The position numbers and the translations under genes were made by a program. From the NCBI GenBank assembly GCA_038146885.1, contig JAYQSM010000005.1:247219-311218 (forward strand): a stretch of 64,000 nucleotides of DNA, read 5' to 3'. Below the pieces are notes generated by a model. The model saw only the letters and a list, made by a program, of their open reading frames with translations. It had not been told where the DNA came from and searched no databases. Below are positions 44,614 to 55,142 of this stretch, piece by piece (within the stretch, counting starts at the first letter, position 1; every line of letters begins with the position of its first letter). The DNA is from Rhodospirillaceae bacterium. Lineage in GTDB: Bacteria; Pseudomonadota; Alphaproteobacteria; MPNO01; UBA2964.

Positions 44614-45555
44614 ATGAAAAAATCTCTTTTCGCAAGCGCTTTTGGCTTAGCGCTGCTCGCCACCCAGCCAAGTTTTGCATCCGAGAAATTGACAGTCCTC
44701 CTTGATTGGTTTGTTAATCCGGATCATGGACCTCTCTACGTCGCTCAAGAGCTTGGTTATTTCAAGTCGGCCGGCGTGACCCTCGAATTTAAAGCGCCTG
44801 CGGACCCTAATGATCCCCCTAAATTAGTTGCCGCTGGGAAGGCAGATCTGGCCATTTCATATCAACCACAGCTGCATATCCAGGCAGACAGGGGACTACC
44901 TTTGGTGCGGGTCGCGACTTTGGTTGCAACTCCCCTGAACTCTCTGGTGGTTCTGCGGGACAGTCCAATAAAATCGATCCGAGATTTAAAGGGGAAAAAA
45001 GTGGGTTTTTCCGTAGGAGGATTTGAGGATGCTCTTTTGTCCACGATGCTAGGAAGACAGGGCCTGACCCTTAAAGATATCGAATTAATCAATGTAAACT
45101 TTTCTCTTTCTCCTGCCCTTATATCGGGCAAGGTAGATGCAGTGATCGGAGCATTCCGTAATTTTGAGTTGAACCAACTCGACCTTAAGGGGCGTCCAGG
45201 CCGAGCCTTTTTCGTCGAAGAGGAAGGGGTCCCGGCTTATGATGAGTTAATCGTGGTTGCCAATCGAAAAGATATCCGACGCCCAGCATTAAAAAAATTC
45301 GTTCAAGGACTCGAGGCTGGTGTTCAGTATTTGGTAAATCACCCCGAAGAGAGTTGGAAGTTGTTTATCAAAGGGCGCAAAAAACTGGATGACGCTCTAA
45401 ACCGACGCGCTTGGAAAGACACGCTGCCACGTTTCGCCCTACGACCAGGCGCCCTGAGCACTGAGAGATACAACAATTTTGGTCTTTTTCTGAAGAGTCA
45501 AGGAATCGTCAAAACCACCCCGGATGTAGGGACATATGCGATAGAGTTGAGGTAA
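44614..45555 (+). CDS. ABC transporter substrate-binding protein (NMT1/THI5-like, NitT/TauT family)
   Basis: Signal peptide MKKSLFASAFGLALLATQPSFA, then KLTVLLDWFVNPDHGPLYVAQELGYFK..G, typical of the NMT1/ThiY/SsuA-like fold. ATG 44614 is preceded by GGAGGAAAAC. Confidence 0.85.
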   Translation: MKKSLFASAFGLALLATQPSFASEKLTVLLDWFVNPDHGPLYVAQELGYFKSAGVTLEFKAPADPNDPPKLVAAGKADLAISYQPQLHIQADRGLPLVRVATLVATPLNSLVVLRDSPIKSIRDLKGKKVGFSVGGFEDALLSTMLGRQGLTLKDIELINVNFSLSPALISGKVDAVIGAFRNFELNQLDLKGRPGRAFFVEEEGVPAYDELIVVANRKDIRRPALKKFVQGLEAGVQYLVNHPEESWKLFIKGRKKLDDALNRRAWKDTLPRFALRPGALSTERYNNFGLFLKSQGIVKTTPDVGTYAIELR

Positions 45556-45689
45556 ATACAAGTCATCCCAATGTACTAAGTCAGCCACTCACGTATTCTC
45601 TCATTGCCATGAGCCCAAGGATATTTGTTGTTTCGACGAGCGAAATACTTACTCAAAGATGTGATTTTGAAAGAGTAGGTGGCCAACTC

Positions 45690-46695
45690 TTATGGTTGAT
45701 AGTTTAAGTTTGCGCCCAGCCAGCGTTCCATCTCCGAAATCGGCTTTTTTTTGCGCTTGGAATAATCTTCAAGCTGATCTTGGCCAATTTTTCCAACTCC
45801 AAAGTAGCGACTTTCGGGATGCGCAAAATACCACCCTGAAACGGATGCCCCCGGATACATGGCAAAGTTTTCTGTGAGAGAAATTCCTGTATTCTGTTCA
45901 GCGGCTAAAATATTGAATAGAACTTCCTTCTCAGAGTGATCAGGACAGGCGGGATACCCAGGGGCTGGGCGTATTCCCCGGTAGTTTTCCTTTATCAAGC
46001 CATCATTATCGAGCTGTTCTCCAGCCGAATATCCCCAAAATTCTTTTCTTACCCTCTGATGCATCCTCTCGGAGAAGGCCTCCGCTAACCGATCCGCGAG
46101 CGCCTTGACCATAAGAGCACTGTAGTCGTCATGAACCGCCTCAAACTCAGCAACAATCTCCTCAACACCAAAGCCAGACGATACGGCAAAACCTCCAATA
46201 TAGTCTGAAATCCCTCTATCCGATGGTGCTATATAATCCGCTAGACAAAAATTGGGTCGACTTCCACTCTTTCTACCTTGCTGCCGAAGCATATGAAGTC
46301 GAGTGGCTTCAACATTTCTTTCTGAGTCCGCATAAATAATGATGTCATCGCCTTGAGAATTTGCCGGCCAAAACCCAATAACAGCGCGTGCCCTCAATTT
46401 TCCGCTTTGCACAAGATCGGTAAGCATAATCTGAGCATCGGAAAATAGGTTTTGAGCGGCCTCCCCCACAACCTCATCTTCTAGAATTTTTGGGAAACGA
46501 CCGTGCAGTTCCCAAGTCTGAAAGAAGGGTGTCCAATCAATATACCCGACCAAATCCGCAAGTGGATAATCATCGAACACCTTTGTTCCCAAAAAGCCCG
46601 GAGTGACCGGAACCTCAAGAGACCAATTACATTTAAATGAATTCTTCCGGGCGGCAGCAATTGAGTAAACCATCTCCGCCGGAGTTCTGGCTCCC
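45690..46695 (-). CDS. metH: methionine synthase MetH, C-terminal AdoMet-binding activation domain (frame-disrupted from the upstream segment)
   Basis: [17 protein letters not shown]...[30 protein letters not shown]...[12 protein letters not shown]...[15 protein letters not shown] matches the MetH reactivation domain. It joins the 46633..49446 ORF after removal of one base near 46693-46695. Confidence 0.9.
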
Positions 46696-49446
46696 GAAAC
46701 GATCCCGAACCTCACGATAATCTGCCTCAATTTCTTTAGTGAATGCTGCCTGGCGATCAGGGCTGAGGAGATTTGCGGCCACTCCGACACTGCGAGATGC
46801 GTCGAGAACATGGATAACCGGATGGCTATAGGCCGGTGAAATTCGGACGGCGGTATGGACCTTGGAAGTTGTAGCACCCCCAATCAGTAGCGGAAGAGAA
46901 AATTGCAATCTTTCCATTTCAGACGCAACATAAACCATCTCGTCCAAAGAAGGAGTAATTAGACCTGAGAGCCCGATAATATCAGCATTGTGGTTTTTGG
47001 CCGCTTCCAGAATTTTTTGTGCGGGCACCATTACACCAAGATCAATCACTTCGTAATTATTACATTGCAAAACCACTCCGACGATATTTTTACCAATATC
47101 ATGAACATCGCCCTTCACAGTGGCTAAGATGATTTTCCCCTTGCTTGCTGAGACCGCACCTGACACTTGTTTCTCCCTCTCGATAAAGGGGACAAGATGA
47201 CCAACGGCCTGCTTCATCACTCGGGCACTTTTTACAACTTGAGGCAAAAACATTTTTCCGGCACCAAAAAGATCGCCTACAACATTCATGCCATCCATCA
47301 AAGGCCCCTCTATCACGTCTATGGGTTTGCTAGAAGCAAGACGTGCCTCTTCGGTATCTTCCAAGATGTATTGATTAATACCGTGCACTAAGGCGTGGGT
47401 CAGTCTTTGACTTACATCTTCAGTTCGCCAGGATAAGTCTTCATGGGTCAGAGACTTTTTACCTCGGTAATTCTCGGCCACCTCAACAAGACGATCTGTC
47501 GCATCAGACCTCTGATTCAGGATGACATCCTCTACCCTATTTCGGAGTTCCTCAGGAAGATCTTCGTATACCCCAATCATTCCAGCATTAACGATACCCA
47601 TCCCGAGCCCTGCGCGAATTGCGTGATAGAGAAACACGGAATGCATAGCCTCCCTAACCACGTTATTTCCTCGGAAAGAAAACGAAATATTGCTGACCCC
47701 CCCAGATATTAAAACGCCTGGACACGTTTCTTTGATAATCCGTGTGGCTTCGATAAAATCGACAGCATAGTTGTTATGTTCGTCAATCCCGGTGGCCACT
47801 GCAAAAATATTGGGGTCAAAAATAATATCTTCTGGGGAAAACCCCACTTCCCCGATGAGAATACTGTAGGCACGCTGACAGATTCTGATTTTGGCCTCAC
47901 AAGTATCCGCTTGTCCGTTCTCATCAAAGGCCATAACGACCACAGCGGAACCATAGCGCTTGATCTCACAAGCCTGTTTTATAAAAGCAGATTTTCCTTC
48001 TTTAAGGCTAATCGAGTTGACTATGCCTTTCCCTTGAACACATTTAAGCCCAGCCTCAATTACGGACCATTTGGAAGAGTCAATCATAACAGGGACGCGA
48101 CTGATGTCAGGCTCCGATGCGATAAGATTCAAGAAGGTTTCCATCGCCGCCTCTGAATCCAGAAGGCCCTCATCCATGTTAATGTCAATAACCTGTGCAC
48201 CGTTCTCCACCTGCTGTCTGGCAACTTTGAGTGCGGCCTCAAATTCACCCTCTTTAATAAGTTCAGCAAAACGAAGAGAGCCGGTGACATTTGTCCTCTC
48301 TCCGACATTCACAAATAAAGACTGATTGCCGATATTAAGAGGTTCCAACCCAGAAAGCCTCAATTCCTGGTTTAGGCTTGGGACCAAACGCGGGCGAACT
48401 CCGCGAACGGTATCTGCTATCGCTTTAATATGCCGAGGAGTGGTTCCGCAGCATCCGCCAACCAAATTAACAAAGCCTTCTTCAGCAAACTCGCGCAAAG
48501 TATTAGCCATTGCATCGGGTGCCTCATCATATCCTCCGAAGGCATTTGGCAACCCCGCATTTGGGTGACAACTTACAAATGTCTCACTAATCCGCGACAG
48601 TTCCTCGATATATGGTCTTAACTCTTTGGGACCGAGCGCACAGTTCAGACCAACAGCGAGGGGCCGAATATGCCGAATGGAATTATAGAATGCCTCAGTT
48701 GTTTGGCCGGTTAGTGTCCTTCCACTTTGATCAGTGATTGTGCCTGAAACAATGACCGGAACATCAACAAGACCAAGATTTTCCTGAACCCGGGAAATGG
48801 CGTAAAGCGCGGCTTTACAATTCAGGGTATCGAAAACCGTTTCGACTAGAATTATATCGGAACCACCCTCGAGCAACCCCCTTGCCGCTTCTGAGTAGTT
48901 CTCCACCAACGTGTCAAAGCTTACATTCCTGAAACCTGGATTGTTTACATCGGGCGAGAGAGATGCCGTTCTATTCGTTGGACCTAGAACCCCCGCAACA
49001 AACCTAGGAACCCCGTCCTCGGCCTCCACAATTTCAGCAGCTTCAAGAGCCAGGCGCGCTCCATTCCAATTCAGATCATAAACCACCGCCTCCATTTGAT
49101 AATCAGATTGCGCAACTCGCGTCGAGCTAAAGGTGTTGGTTTCCACGATGTCTGCACCTGCGCGAAGATAAGCGGAGTGAATATCTCTAATATCATTGGG
49201 GCGAGTTAAGATCAGGAGGTCATTATTACCCCTCTGAGGACATTTAGTGTCTTGAAAAAGATCACCTCTAAATGCCGCCTCATCAAAATTAAATCCCTGG
49301 ATCTCGGTTCCCATAGCTCCATCGAGGACCAGAATGGATGATCTCAGTCGATCCCTAAGGAACTTAAGACGGTCTCCACGCCGCTGTGAGTTCAAAGCCT
49401 TCACAGAATTGGCTAGGGTTGTCTGCTCGCCAGAACTCAAAATCAC
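46633..49446 (-). CDS. metH: methionine synthase MetH, Hcy-binding, pterin-binding and cobalamin-binding domains (frame-disrupted near its 3' end)
   Basis: [21 protein letters not shown] (Zn site), pterin-binding INMDEG / NSISLKEG, and the cobalamin motif [15 protein letters not shown]...[10 protein letters not shown]. The last 19 codons ([19 protein letters not shown]) are out-of-frame tail. GTGA overlap with metF. Confidence 0.93.
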   Translation of the reverse strand: MILSSGEQTTLANSVKALNSQRRGDRLKFLRDRLRSSILVLDGAMGTEIQGFNFDEAAFRGDLFQDTKCPQRGNNDLLILTRPNDIRDIHSAYLRAGADIVETNTFSSTRVAQSDYQMEAVVYDLNWNGARLALEAAEIVEAEDGVPRFVAGVLGPTNRTASLSPDVNNPGFRNVSFDTLVENYSEAARGLLEGGSDIILVETVFDTLNCKAALYAISRVQENLGLVDVPVIVSGTITDQSGRTLTGQTTEAFYNSIRHIRPLAVGLNCALGPKELRPYIEELSRISETFVSCHPNAGLPNAFGGYDEAPDAMANTLREFAEEGFVNLVGGCCGTTPRHIKAIADTVRGVRPRLVPSLNQELRLSGLEPLNIGNQSLFVNVGERTNVTGSLRFAELIKEGEFEAALKVARQQVENGAQVIDINMDEGLLDSEAAMETFLNLIASEPDISRVPVMIDSSKWSVIEAGLKCVQGKGIVNSISLKEGKSAFIKQACEIKRYGSAVVVMAFDENGQADTCEAKIRICQRAYSILIGEVGFSPEDIIFDPNIFAVATGIDEHNNYAVDFIEATRIIKETCPGVLISGGVSNISFSFRGNNVVREAMHSVFLYHAIRAGLGMGIVNAGMIGVYEDLPEELRNRVEDVILNQRSDATDRLVEVAENYRGKKSLTHEDLSWRTEDVSQRLTHALVHGINQYILEDTEEARLASSKPIDVIEGPLMDGMNVVGDLFGAGKMFLPQVVKSARVMKQAVGHLVPFIEREKQVSGAVSASKGKIILATVKGDVHDIGKNIVGVVLQCNNYEVIDLGVMVPAQKILEAAKNHNADIIGLSGLITPSLDEMVYVASEMERLQFSLPLLIGGATTSKVHTAVRISPAYSHPVIHVLDASRSVGVAANLLSPDRQAAFTKEIEADYREVRDRFGSQNSGGDGLLNCCRPEEFI

Positions 49447-50357
49447 GCCCTCTCTTTTGGTCGCAGACCAAGAAGGTGAACGATGGCGTAAGAGAGATCT
49501 GCCCTGTTAAGCGTGTAGAAATGAAATTCCTTAAACCCGTAAGCCTGCAGTTGCCGACACTGCTCCGCTGCAACCGAGGCGGCGACAAGCTTCCGGGTTT
49601 CGAGATCATGCTCCAGCCCCTCGAAAAGTTCCTTGAGCCAGGCTGGCACCGAAGTGCCTGACATTTCGCTAAACTTAACGACCTGCTCAAAATTCTGGAC
49701 AGGCAATATTCCCGGTACGATCGGCGCTTGGATTCCGGCCGCTGTCACCTTGTCCATAAACCTTAAGAAAGGATCCACTCCAAAAAAGTATTGAGTGATC
49801 GCTCTATCTGCACCCGCTTCTAACTTCCGCTTTAGATTATCAAGGTCATCTTCTAAGCTACTAGATTCTGGGTGACCCTCTGGATAGGCACCGACGCTGA
49901 TTTCAAAATCAGCAATCTTTTTGAGGCCCCGCACTAGGTCAACAGCATAAGGATACCCGTCCGCATGGGGTACGTATCGGGTTTGCCCTTCGGGAGGATC
50001 ACCCCTCAGGGCCACAATGTGTCTTACTCCGGCATCCCAATAATTTCGGGCGATCTCGTCAATTTGGTTTCGACTTGCCCCAACACAGGTGAGATGGGCT
50101 GCCGGGCACAAAGTTGTCTCTTCTAATACTCGAACGACGGTATCGTGAGTTAATTCTCTCGTTGTACCTCCTGCCCCATAGGTAACTGAGATGAAACGAG
50201 GGCCCAAAGGCTCAAGCCTCTTAATGGCGTCCCAAAGCGATGCTGCCATTTTCTCACTTTTGGGGGGGAAAAACTCAAAAGAAACTCTCAGATCTCGGGG
50301 GTTTCCCGCGGGAAAAGGCAAATCCACAGAGCCAACGTCATTTTCATTTTGACTCAT
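49443..50357 (-). CDS. metF: 5,10-methylenetetrahydrofolate reductase
   Basis: [29 protein letters not shown] and ITQYFF are MetF hallmarks. ATGA overlap with the upstream regulator gene. Confidence 0.94.
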   Translation of the reverse strand: MSQNENDVGSVDLPFPAGNPRDLRVSFEFFPPKSEKMAASLWDAIKRLEPLGPRFISVTYGAGGTTRELTHDTVVRVLEETTLCPAAHLTCVGASRNQIDEIARNYWDAGVRHIVALRGDPPEGQTRYVPHADGYPYAVDLVRGLKKIADFEISVGAYPEGHPESSSLEDDLDNLKRKLEAGADRAITQYFFGVDPFLRFMDKVTAAGIQAPIVPGILPVQNFEQVVKFSEMSGTSVPAWLKELFEGLEHDLETRKLVAASVAAEQCRQLQAYGFKEFHFYTLNRADLSYAIVHLLGLRPKERA

Positions 50358-51301
50358 CGCAACTCACCCAATCCTTGTTTTTTGAAAAATGTCCAAATTT
50401 TGACGGTTAGAGGTTTGCCTAATAACGACTGGACATCAGTTAATTCCAAGTCTGAAGACTGACCCCAAGTAGAAATTTCCGCGTCATTAAAGCCAAGTCT
50501 GCGATGGGCGTGATTGTCCCTTAGAAATTCTAAACCGTGGGGAGCAAAATCAATAAGAAACAAATGACCATCTGGCTGCAGCACACGCGCGGCTTCTCTT
50601 ATCGCTAATTCGGGATTTTGCGCAAAATGCAGAACTTGATGGATTACCACTGCATCGAATTCACAATCAAACCGCCCCAATCGATACATATCCGCATGCC
50701 GAACATGGCAATGCTTGATCGAATCCCGCTCGAGGTTAGCGCGCGCTACGGAGAGCATTTCATATGAGCTATCTATGCCCACACCCCGATCAACCCGGTG
50801 CGCCAAAAGCTGCAAAATCCTTCCCGTACCCGTACCAATATCCAAGAGGGAGGGGGAACGAACAGGAAACCTCGAAAGTAGGGCTACCTCGATCTCGCTT
50901 TCATCAATGTAAAGAGATCGAACCGTATCCCACACAACTGCGTTATCACGAAAATATTTTTCAGCTTCCTCCGCTCTAAGGTCCATAATTCCTTTTAATC
51001 GCTCGAGATCCATCTCTATTGCAGGTGTCCCTTTTGGTAATAGAGCCAGAAGTTTCCTCGCCGTGGCTCCCTCGCCGTGGCCGAGGTCAGATAGGCGGTA
51101 GAACACTCTCTGCCCTTCTCTAAAACGATCAATTAACTTTGCATCGCATAAAACTTTGAGGTGCCGCGAAACAACCGGCTGACTTTGACCAATAATCTGA
51201 GTCAATTCCGTTACAGTCAGAACGCCCTCTTTACACAGGACGAGCAAGCGTAAACGGGTCGGATCTGAAGCGGCGCGCAGCGAGGTGAGAATATTGTCCA
51301 A
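50354..51301 (-). CDS. sahR: ArsR-family HTH fused to SAM-methyltransferase-like domain (SahR-like regulator of methionine/SAM cycle genes)
   Basis: N-terminal LRAASDPTRLRLLVLC..G.LTVTELTQI.GQSQP.VSRHLK.L (ArsR wHTH). C-terminal LLDIGTGTGRIL...DAVVIHQVLHF...VLQPDGHLFLIDF (class I MTase fold). It sits directly upstream of metF-metH, as reported for SahR. Confidence 0.8.
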   Translation of the reverse strand: MDNILTSLRAASDPTRLRLLVLCKEGVLTVTELTQIIGQSQPVVSRHLKVLCDAKLIDRFREGQRVFYRLSDLGHGEGATARKLLALLPKGTPAIEMDLERLKGIMDLRAEEAEKYFRDNAVVWDTVRSLYIDESEIEVALLSRFPVRSPSLLDIGTGTGRILQLLAHRVDRGVGIDSSYEMLSVARANLERDSIKHCHVRHADMYRLGRFDCEFDAVVIHQVLHFAQNPELAIREAARVLQPDGHLFLIDFAPHGLEFLRDNHAHRRLGFNDAEISTWGQSSDLELTDVQSLLGKPLTVKIWTFFKKQGLGELR

Positions 51302-51363
51302 GTTTCAGCCTAGTATTTTCAAGATGATTGCTGTCATTATCAAAAAAACATTGAATTACAATA

Positions 51364-51385
51364 TATATGTAGAATTCTCTATATA
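51364..51385. promoter_or_regulatory. 22-bp imperfect palindrome, candidate operator of the SahR-like regulator
   Basis: TATATGTAGAA|TTCTCTATATA has 9 of 11 positions symmetric about a central GAATTC. It lies 63-84 nt upstream of the sahR-like start codon, in the divergent intergenic region. Confidence 0.45.
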
Positions 51386-51566
51386 TTTATGTAATATCTC
51401 ATCCGAGGTCTAAAGTAGGCACATTTATGTTTCAGGCCGCAAATGGCTAGACCACTAAGTCGAAAAACGGTCGGAATTTCTGAGCGTTATCTTTTTCAGT
51501 TCATCATTGCCCAAAGCAAAACTCGCGACTAACATCTGGCCGTTGGGAAGGAGAAATCAAACCAAG

Positions 51567-52163
51567 ATGATGTCACCAAAACCATTATTTATTATCATTT
51601 TCTTGTTAACCTTAATCCTATCCGCTACCCGCACTTCTTGGGCGTCAGATAATGCAGCGGGTTTTATCAAGCAGGTCGGTCAGAAAGCAATCTTGTCACT
51701 AAAGCAGACAAACGGTTCCTCCGGGGAACGTGAGGCCCGCTTTCGTGAAATTTTCAGCAAATCTTTCAATGTTAAGCTCTTGGCCCGTTTCTCGCTGGGC
51801 GTGCATTGGAGACGCTCAACAAAGTCCCAAAGAGATGAATATGTGAAGCTTTTCAAAGACTTTGTAATAAAAGCCTATGCGACTAGGTTCTCCGATTACA
51901 CCGGTGAAACATTCAATGTCGGCGATAGCCGAGACCTAGAGGGTGGCGACAAATTGGTTGCATCGGAGGTTGTGTTATCTGATGGCAGGCGTATTCCTGT
52001 TCATTGGAGGGTTCGAAACGACGGAGGCTTTCAAATAATAGACGTTTTGGTCGAGGGTATAAGCATGGCCCTCACCCAACGAAACGAATTCGCATCCATA
52101 ATTAGTCAGAACGGAGGCAAAGTAGATGGGTTACTGATTGCTCTTAGGAAGAAAATCAAATAG
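51567..52163 (+). CDS. MlaC/Ttg2D-family (toluene-tolerance, phospholipid-binding) periplasmic protein
   Basis: Signal peptide after ATG 51567 (MMSPKPLFIIIFLLTLILSA). F.EIFSKSFNVKLLARFSLGVHWR....QRDEY..LF..F....YA.RF..Y.GE.F and WRV.......IIDV.VEGISM..T.R.EF match the Ttg2D family pattern. Confidence 0.78.
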   Translation: MMSPKPLFIIIFLLTLILSATRTSWASDNAAGFIKQVGQKAILSLKQTNGSSGEREARFREIFSKSFNVKLLARFSLGVHWRRSTKSQRDEYVKLFKDFVIKAYATRFSDYTGETFNVGDSRDLEGGDKLVASEVVLSDGRRIPVHWRVRNDGGFQIIDVLVEGISMALTQRNEFASIISQNGGKVDGLLIALRKKIK

Positions 52164-52176
52164 CAGCTATTTTCAG

Positions 52177-53859
52177 TCAACCCCGCGTCAGTGGCCGATA
52201 TTTAATACGATGGGGCTGGTCAGCTTTTTCCCCCAGCCTCCGTCGCCTATCCGCCTCATAATCCTCATAATTTCCTTCAAACCAAATTGCTTTACTCTCT
52301 CCCTCGAATGCGAGTATGTGGGTAGCGATACGATCTAAAAACCACCGGTCGTGGCTGATGACAACGGCACAACCCGCAAAATCCGCAAGCGCATCCTCCA
52401 ACGCCCGAAGTGTGTCAACATCGAGATCATTTGTTGGCTCATCTAAAAGCAAAACATTGGCTCCAGATTTCAACATCTTGGCAAGGTGAACCCGATTTCG
52501 TTCCCCGCCCGATAATTGTCCCACTCTCTTTTGTTGATCTGGCCCCCGAAAATTAAATGAGCCAACATAGGCCCGACTTTGAACTTTGCGCCCCCCGAGG
52601 TCGACTTCGGACTGACCCTCCGAAATCTCTTCCCAAACGGTGTTATGTGCCGCTAATGAATCACGGGATTGGTCTACATAACCCAATGACACACTCTCGC
52701 CCATTCTAAGCACGCCCGAGTCAGGATGCTCTTGACCCGTAATCATCCTAAAGAGGGTCGTTTTGCCGGCGCCGTTAGCGCCAATTATCCCAACAATTCC
52801 GCCCGGCGGCAGCTTAAAACTGAGTCCTTGGAAGAGTAATTTTTCACCAAAGGCTTTCGAGACATCATCCGCTTCGATAACCAAATTACCCAACCTCTCA
52901 CCAGCGGGTATGACAATTTGGGCCGTGGATGGAACTTTATCTCGAGATTTAGACAATAGGTCCTCATACGCAGAGATCCGTGCCCTATTTTTTGCCTGCC
53001 GTGCCCGAGGTGAAGACCTTACCCATTCAAGTTCGGAGGCGAGGGTCTTCTGACGCGCGGATTCTTCCCGTTCTTCTTGAGCTAACCTTTTCTGTTTCTG
53101 TTCTAGCCATGATGAGTAATTACCTTCAAATGGCAATGCTCGTCCGCGGTCCAACTCTAGAATCCAACCGGCGACATTATCCAGAAAATAGCGATCATGG
53201 GTTACCGCAACCACCGTCCCCTCATAGTCGTGAAGAAATCTCTCAAGCCAGGCAACAGACTCTGCATCAAGATGATTTGTAGGTTCATCGAGCAACAGCA
53301 AATCAGGCTTTTGAAGAAGCAAACGACACAGTGCGACACGGCGGCGTTCGCCACCAGACAGATTTTCTACCCTGCTATCACTGGCAGGGCACCGGAGTGC
53401 ATCCATCGCAACGTCAATTTTGTGTTCAATCGCCCAACCATCTACAGCCTCAATCTGCTCCTGCAACTTCCCTTGTTCATCTATCAAGGCACTCATTTGA
53501 TCGTCATCCAAGGGCTCGGCAAATTTACCACTGATCTCCTCGAAACGCCGAAGAAGATCCGTAATATTACCCATGCCTGCGAGCACATTTTCTTTGACAG
53601 TTAGCTTAGAATCGAGCTCCGGTTCTTGAGGTAGATATCCGACCGTCGCTCCTTCGGCCGACCATGCTTCACCGTTGAATTCCATATCCAATCCGGCCAT
53701 TATTTTTAAAAGCGTAGACTTTCCCGCACCATTAACGCCCAAGACCCCTATTTTGGCCCCTGGTAAGAAGGCCAACGTGACGTCTTTAACGATCTCCCTT
53801 CCACCAGGGTAAACCTTCGAAAGCCCCTGCATGGTGTATATGTATTGGTAGCCGGCCAA
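52177..53859 (-). CDS. ettA: energy-dependent translational throttle protein EttA (ABC-F)
   Basis: The N-terminus MAGYQYIYTM..LSKVYPGGREI.KDV.L.F.PGAKIGVLG.NGAGKSTLL.IMAG parallels E. coli EttA. Two ABC domains, each with Walker A, LSGGE signature and Walker B. TTG start. Confidence 0.93.
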   Translation of the reverse strand: MAGYQYIYTMQGLSKVYPGGREIVKDVTLAFLPGAKIGVLGVNGAGKSTLLKIMAGLDMEFNGEAWSAEGATVGYLPQEPELDSKLTVKENVLAGMGNITDLLRRFEEISGKFAEPLDDDQMSALIDEQGKLQEQIEAVDGWAIEHKIDVAMDALRCPASDSRVENLSGGERRRVALCRLLLQKPDLLLLDEPTNHLDAESVAWLERFLHDYEGTVVAVTHDRYFLDNVAGWILELDRGRALPFEGNYSSWLEQKQKRLAQEEREESARQKTLASELEWVRSSPRARQAKNRARISAYEDLLSKSRDKVPSTAQIVIPAGERLGNLVIEADDVSKAFGEKLLFQGLSFKLPPGGIVGIIGANGAGKTTLFRMITGQEHPDSGVLRMGESVSLGYVDQSRDSLAAHNTVWEEISEGQSEVDLGGRKVQSRAYVGSFNFRGPDQQKRVGQLSGGERNRVHLAKMLKSGANVLLLDEPTNDLDVDTLRALEDALADFAGCAVVISHDRWFLDRIATHILAFEGESKAIWFEGNYEDYEADRRRRLGEKADQPHRIKYRPLTRG

Positions 53860-54129
53860 AACACACTCCGCATAAATTAGAAATTAAAATTTGACGGTGG
53901 GTTCTAGCGCAAATACACCGTAAAACGCAATGCCGATGGGGAGGATATACGTTCAGTTTCAAAAGTTGACTCAGATGTTAGCCTTTCAGCTTGGACCGAC
54001 CTCTTCGCAATCTAACCTAAGGTCCAATTCGGGGAAGGAGACTAATCAAAGCCAAACCGCTTAGCCAGTTTTATCTGACCCTCGATGTTTATAGGTATTT
54101 TGTACAGGAACCTTTGGGAGCACTACACA

Positions 54130-55101
54130 ATGCAAGAACCACTCCGATTAGCTATTGACCGATATGATCGGCATTTTCCTTTTTTTGATCAGACCTTGGA
54201 ATTTCCGAGGGATCTAGATCTTACAATCTTGCAGGTTGGAGAGACGACCTCTCTTCGAGATGGCGCGCACCGGCACAAACGGATGCTCCAGGACAACGAA
54301 TTTGATATCGCAGAGGTGTCATTATCGTCCTTCATTATGGCGAAAGCCCGAAGACTTCCATTTGTAGGGATCCCGGTTTTTCCTCGAAGGCTTTTTAGCC
54401 AAACCCAAATGTATACTCACAGTGATACTGGATTGTCTAATCCTTCAGAACTCTCCGGAAAAAAAGTCGGACTACAGAGTTTCCAGACCACACTCGCTGT
54501 ACTCGCTAAAGGTGATGTCGGGTCCGAATACAACGTTGATCTTAGGTCGATAGATTGGGTCGTACGTTCAGGGGAAACCATCTCCTTCGAGCCTCCTGAG
54601 GGATGGAATATCAAATATATCGCTGCCGAAAAAGACCTCGGAAAAATGTTATTAGAGAGAGAAATTGATGCCCTTTTCCTGTCTCGGATACCATCCACGT
54701 TTGACGGCCGAACTATCCGCCGGCTTTTCAAAAACCCAGAGGAAGCTTGCACTGACTATTTTAAGAACAACGGATATTTCCCTATTATGCATGTCATTGC
54801 CATCCGAGAAGAAGTATCCGAGAAAAAACCCGAGCTCCCGCGACAAATCTTTGATTTATTTGTTCAAGCGAAAAACATAAGTGACGGCTATCGAGACGAC
54901 CCAGGTTGGTCACAGCTTGCTTGGGAGCATATGGCGTTGGCCAGACAAAAAGAGAAACTGGGCATTGACCTTTGGCACTTGGGACTTTCAAAAAATGCCG
55001 CCAACCTTGAGAAATTCATTAACTATTCGTTTGAGCAGGGACTAATTGGATCTCAGCTTGCAGTCCAAGACTTATTCCATCAAAGCACCTGGGACACATA
55101 A
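54130..55101 (+). CDS. 4,5-dihydroxyphthalate decarboxylase-like (PhtD family, PBP-type-2 fold) protein
   Basis: L.LAIDRYDR...F.D......DLDLT........R.ML....FD.AEVSLSSFIMAKAR..PFVGIPVFP.R.F and LSGKKVG.Q.FQTT.AV.AKG match my recollection of the PhtD family. ATG 54130 is preferred over the listed 54085. Confidence 0.65.
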   Translation: MQEPLRLAIDRYDRHFPFFDQTLEFPRDLDLTILQVGETTSLRDGAHRHKRMLQDNEFDIAEVSLSSFIMAKARRLPFVGIPVFPRRLFSQTQMYTHSDTGLSNPSELSGKKVGLQSFQTTLAVLAKGDVGSEYNVDLRSIDWVVRSGETISFEPPEGWNIKYIAAEKDLGKMLLEREIDALFLSRIPSTFDGRTIRRLFKNPEEACTDYFKNNGYFPIMHVIAIREEVSEKKPELPRQIFDLFVQAKNISDGYRDDPGWSQLAWEHMALARQKEKLGIDLWHLGLSKNAANLEKFINYSFEQGLIGSQLAVQDLFHQSTWDT

Positions 55102-55142
55102 GTCTGACGTTCAAACAAAAAGTTTTTTTTCCTAGCCAAGCC

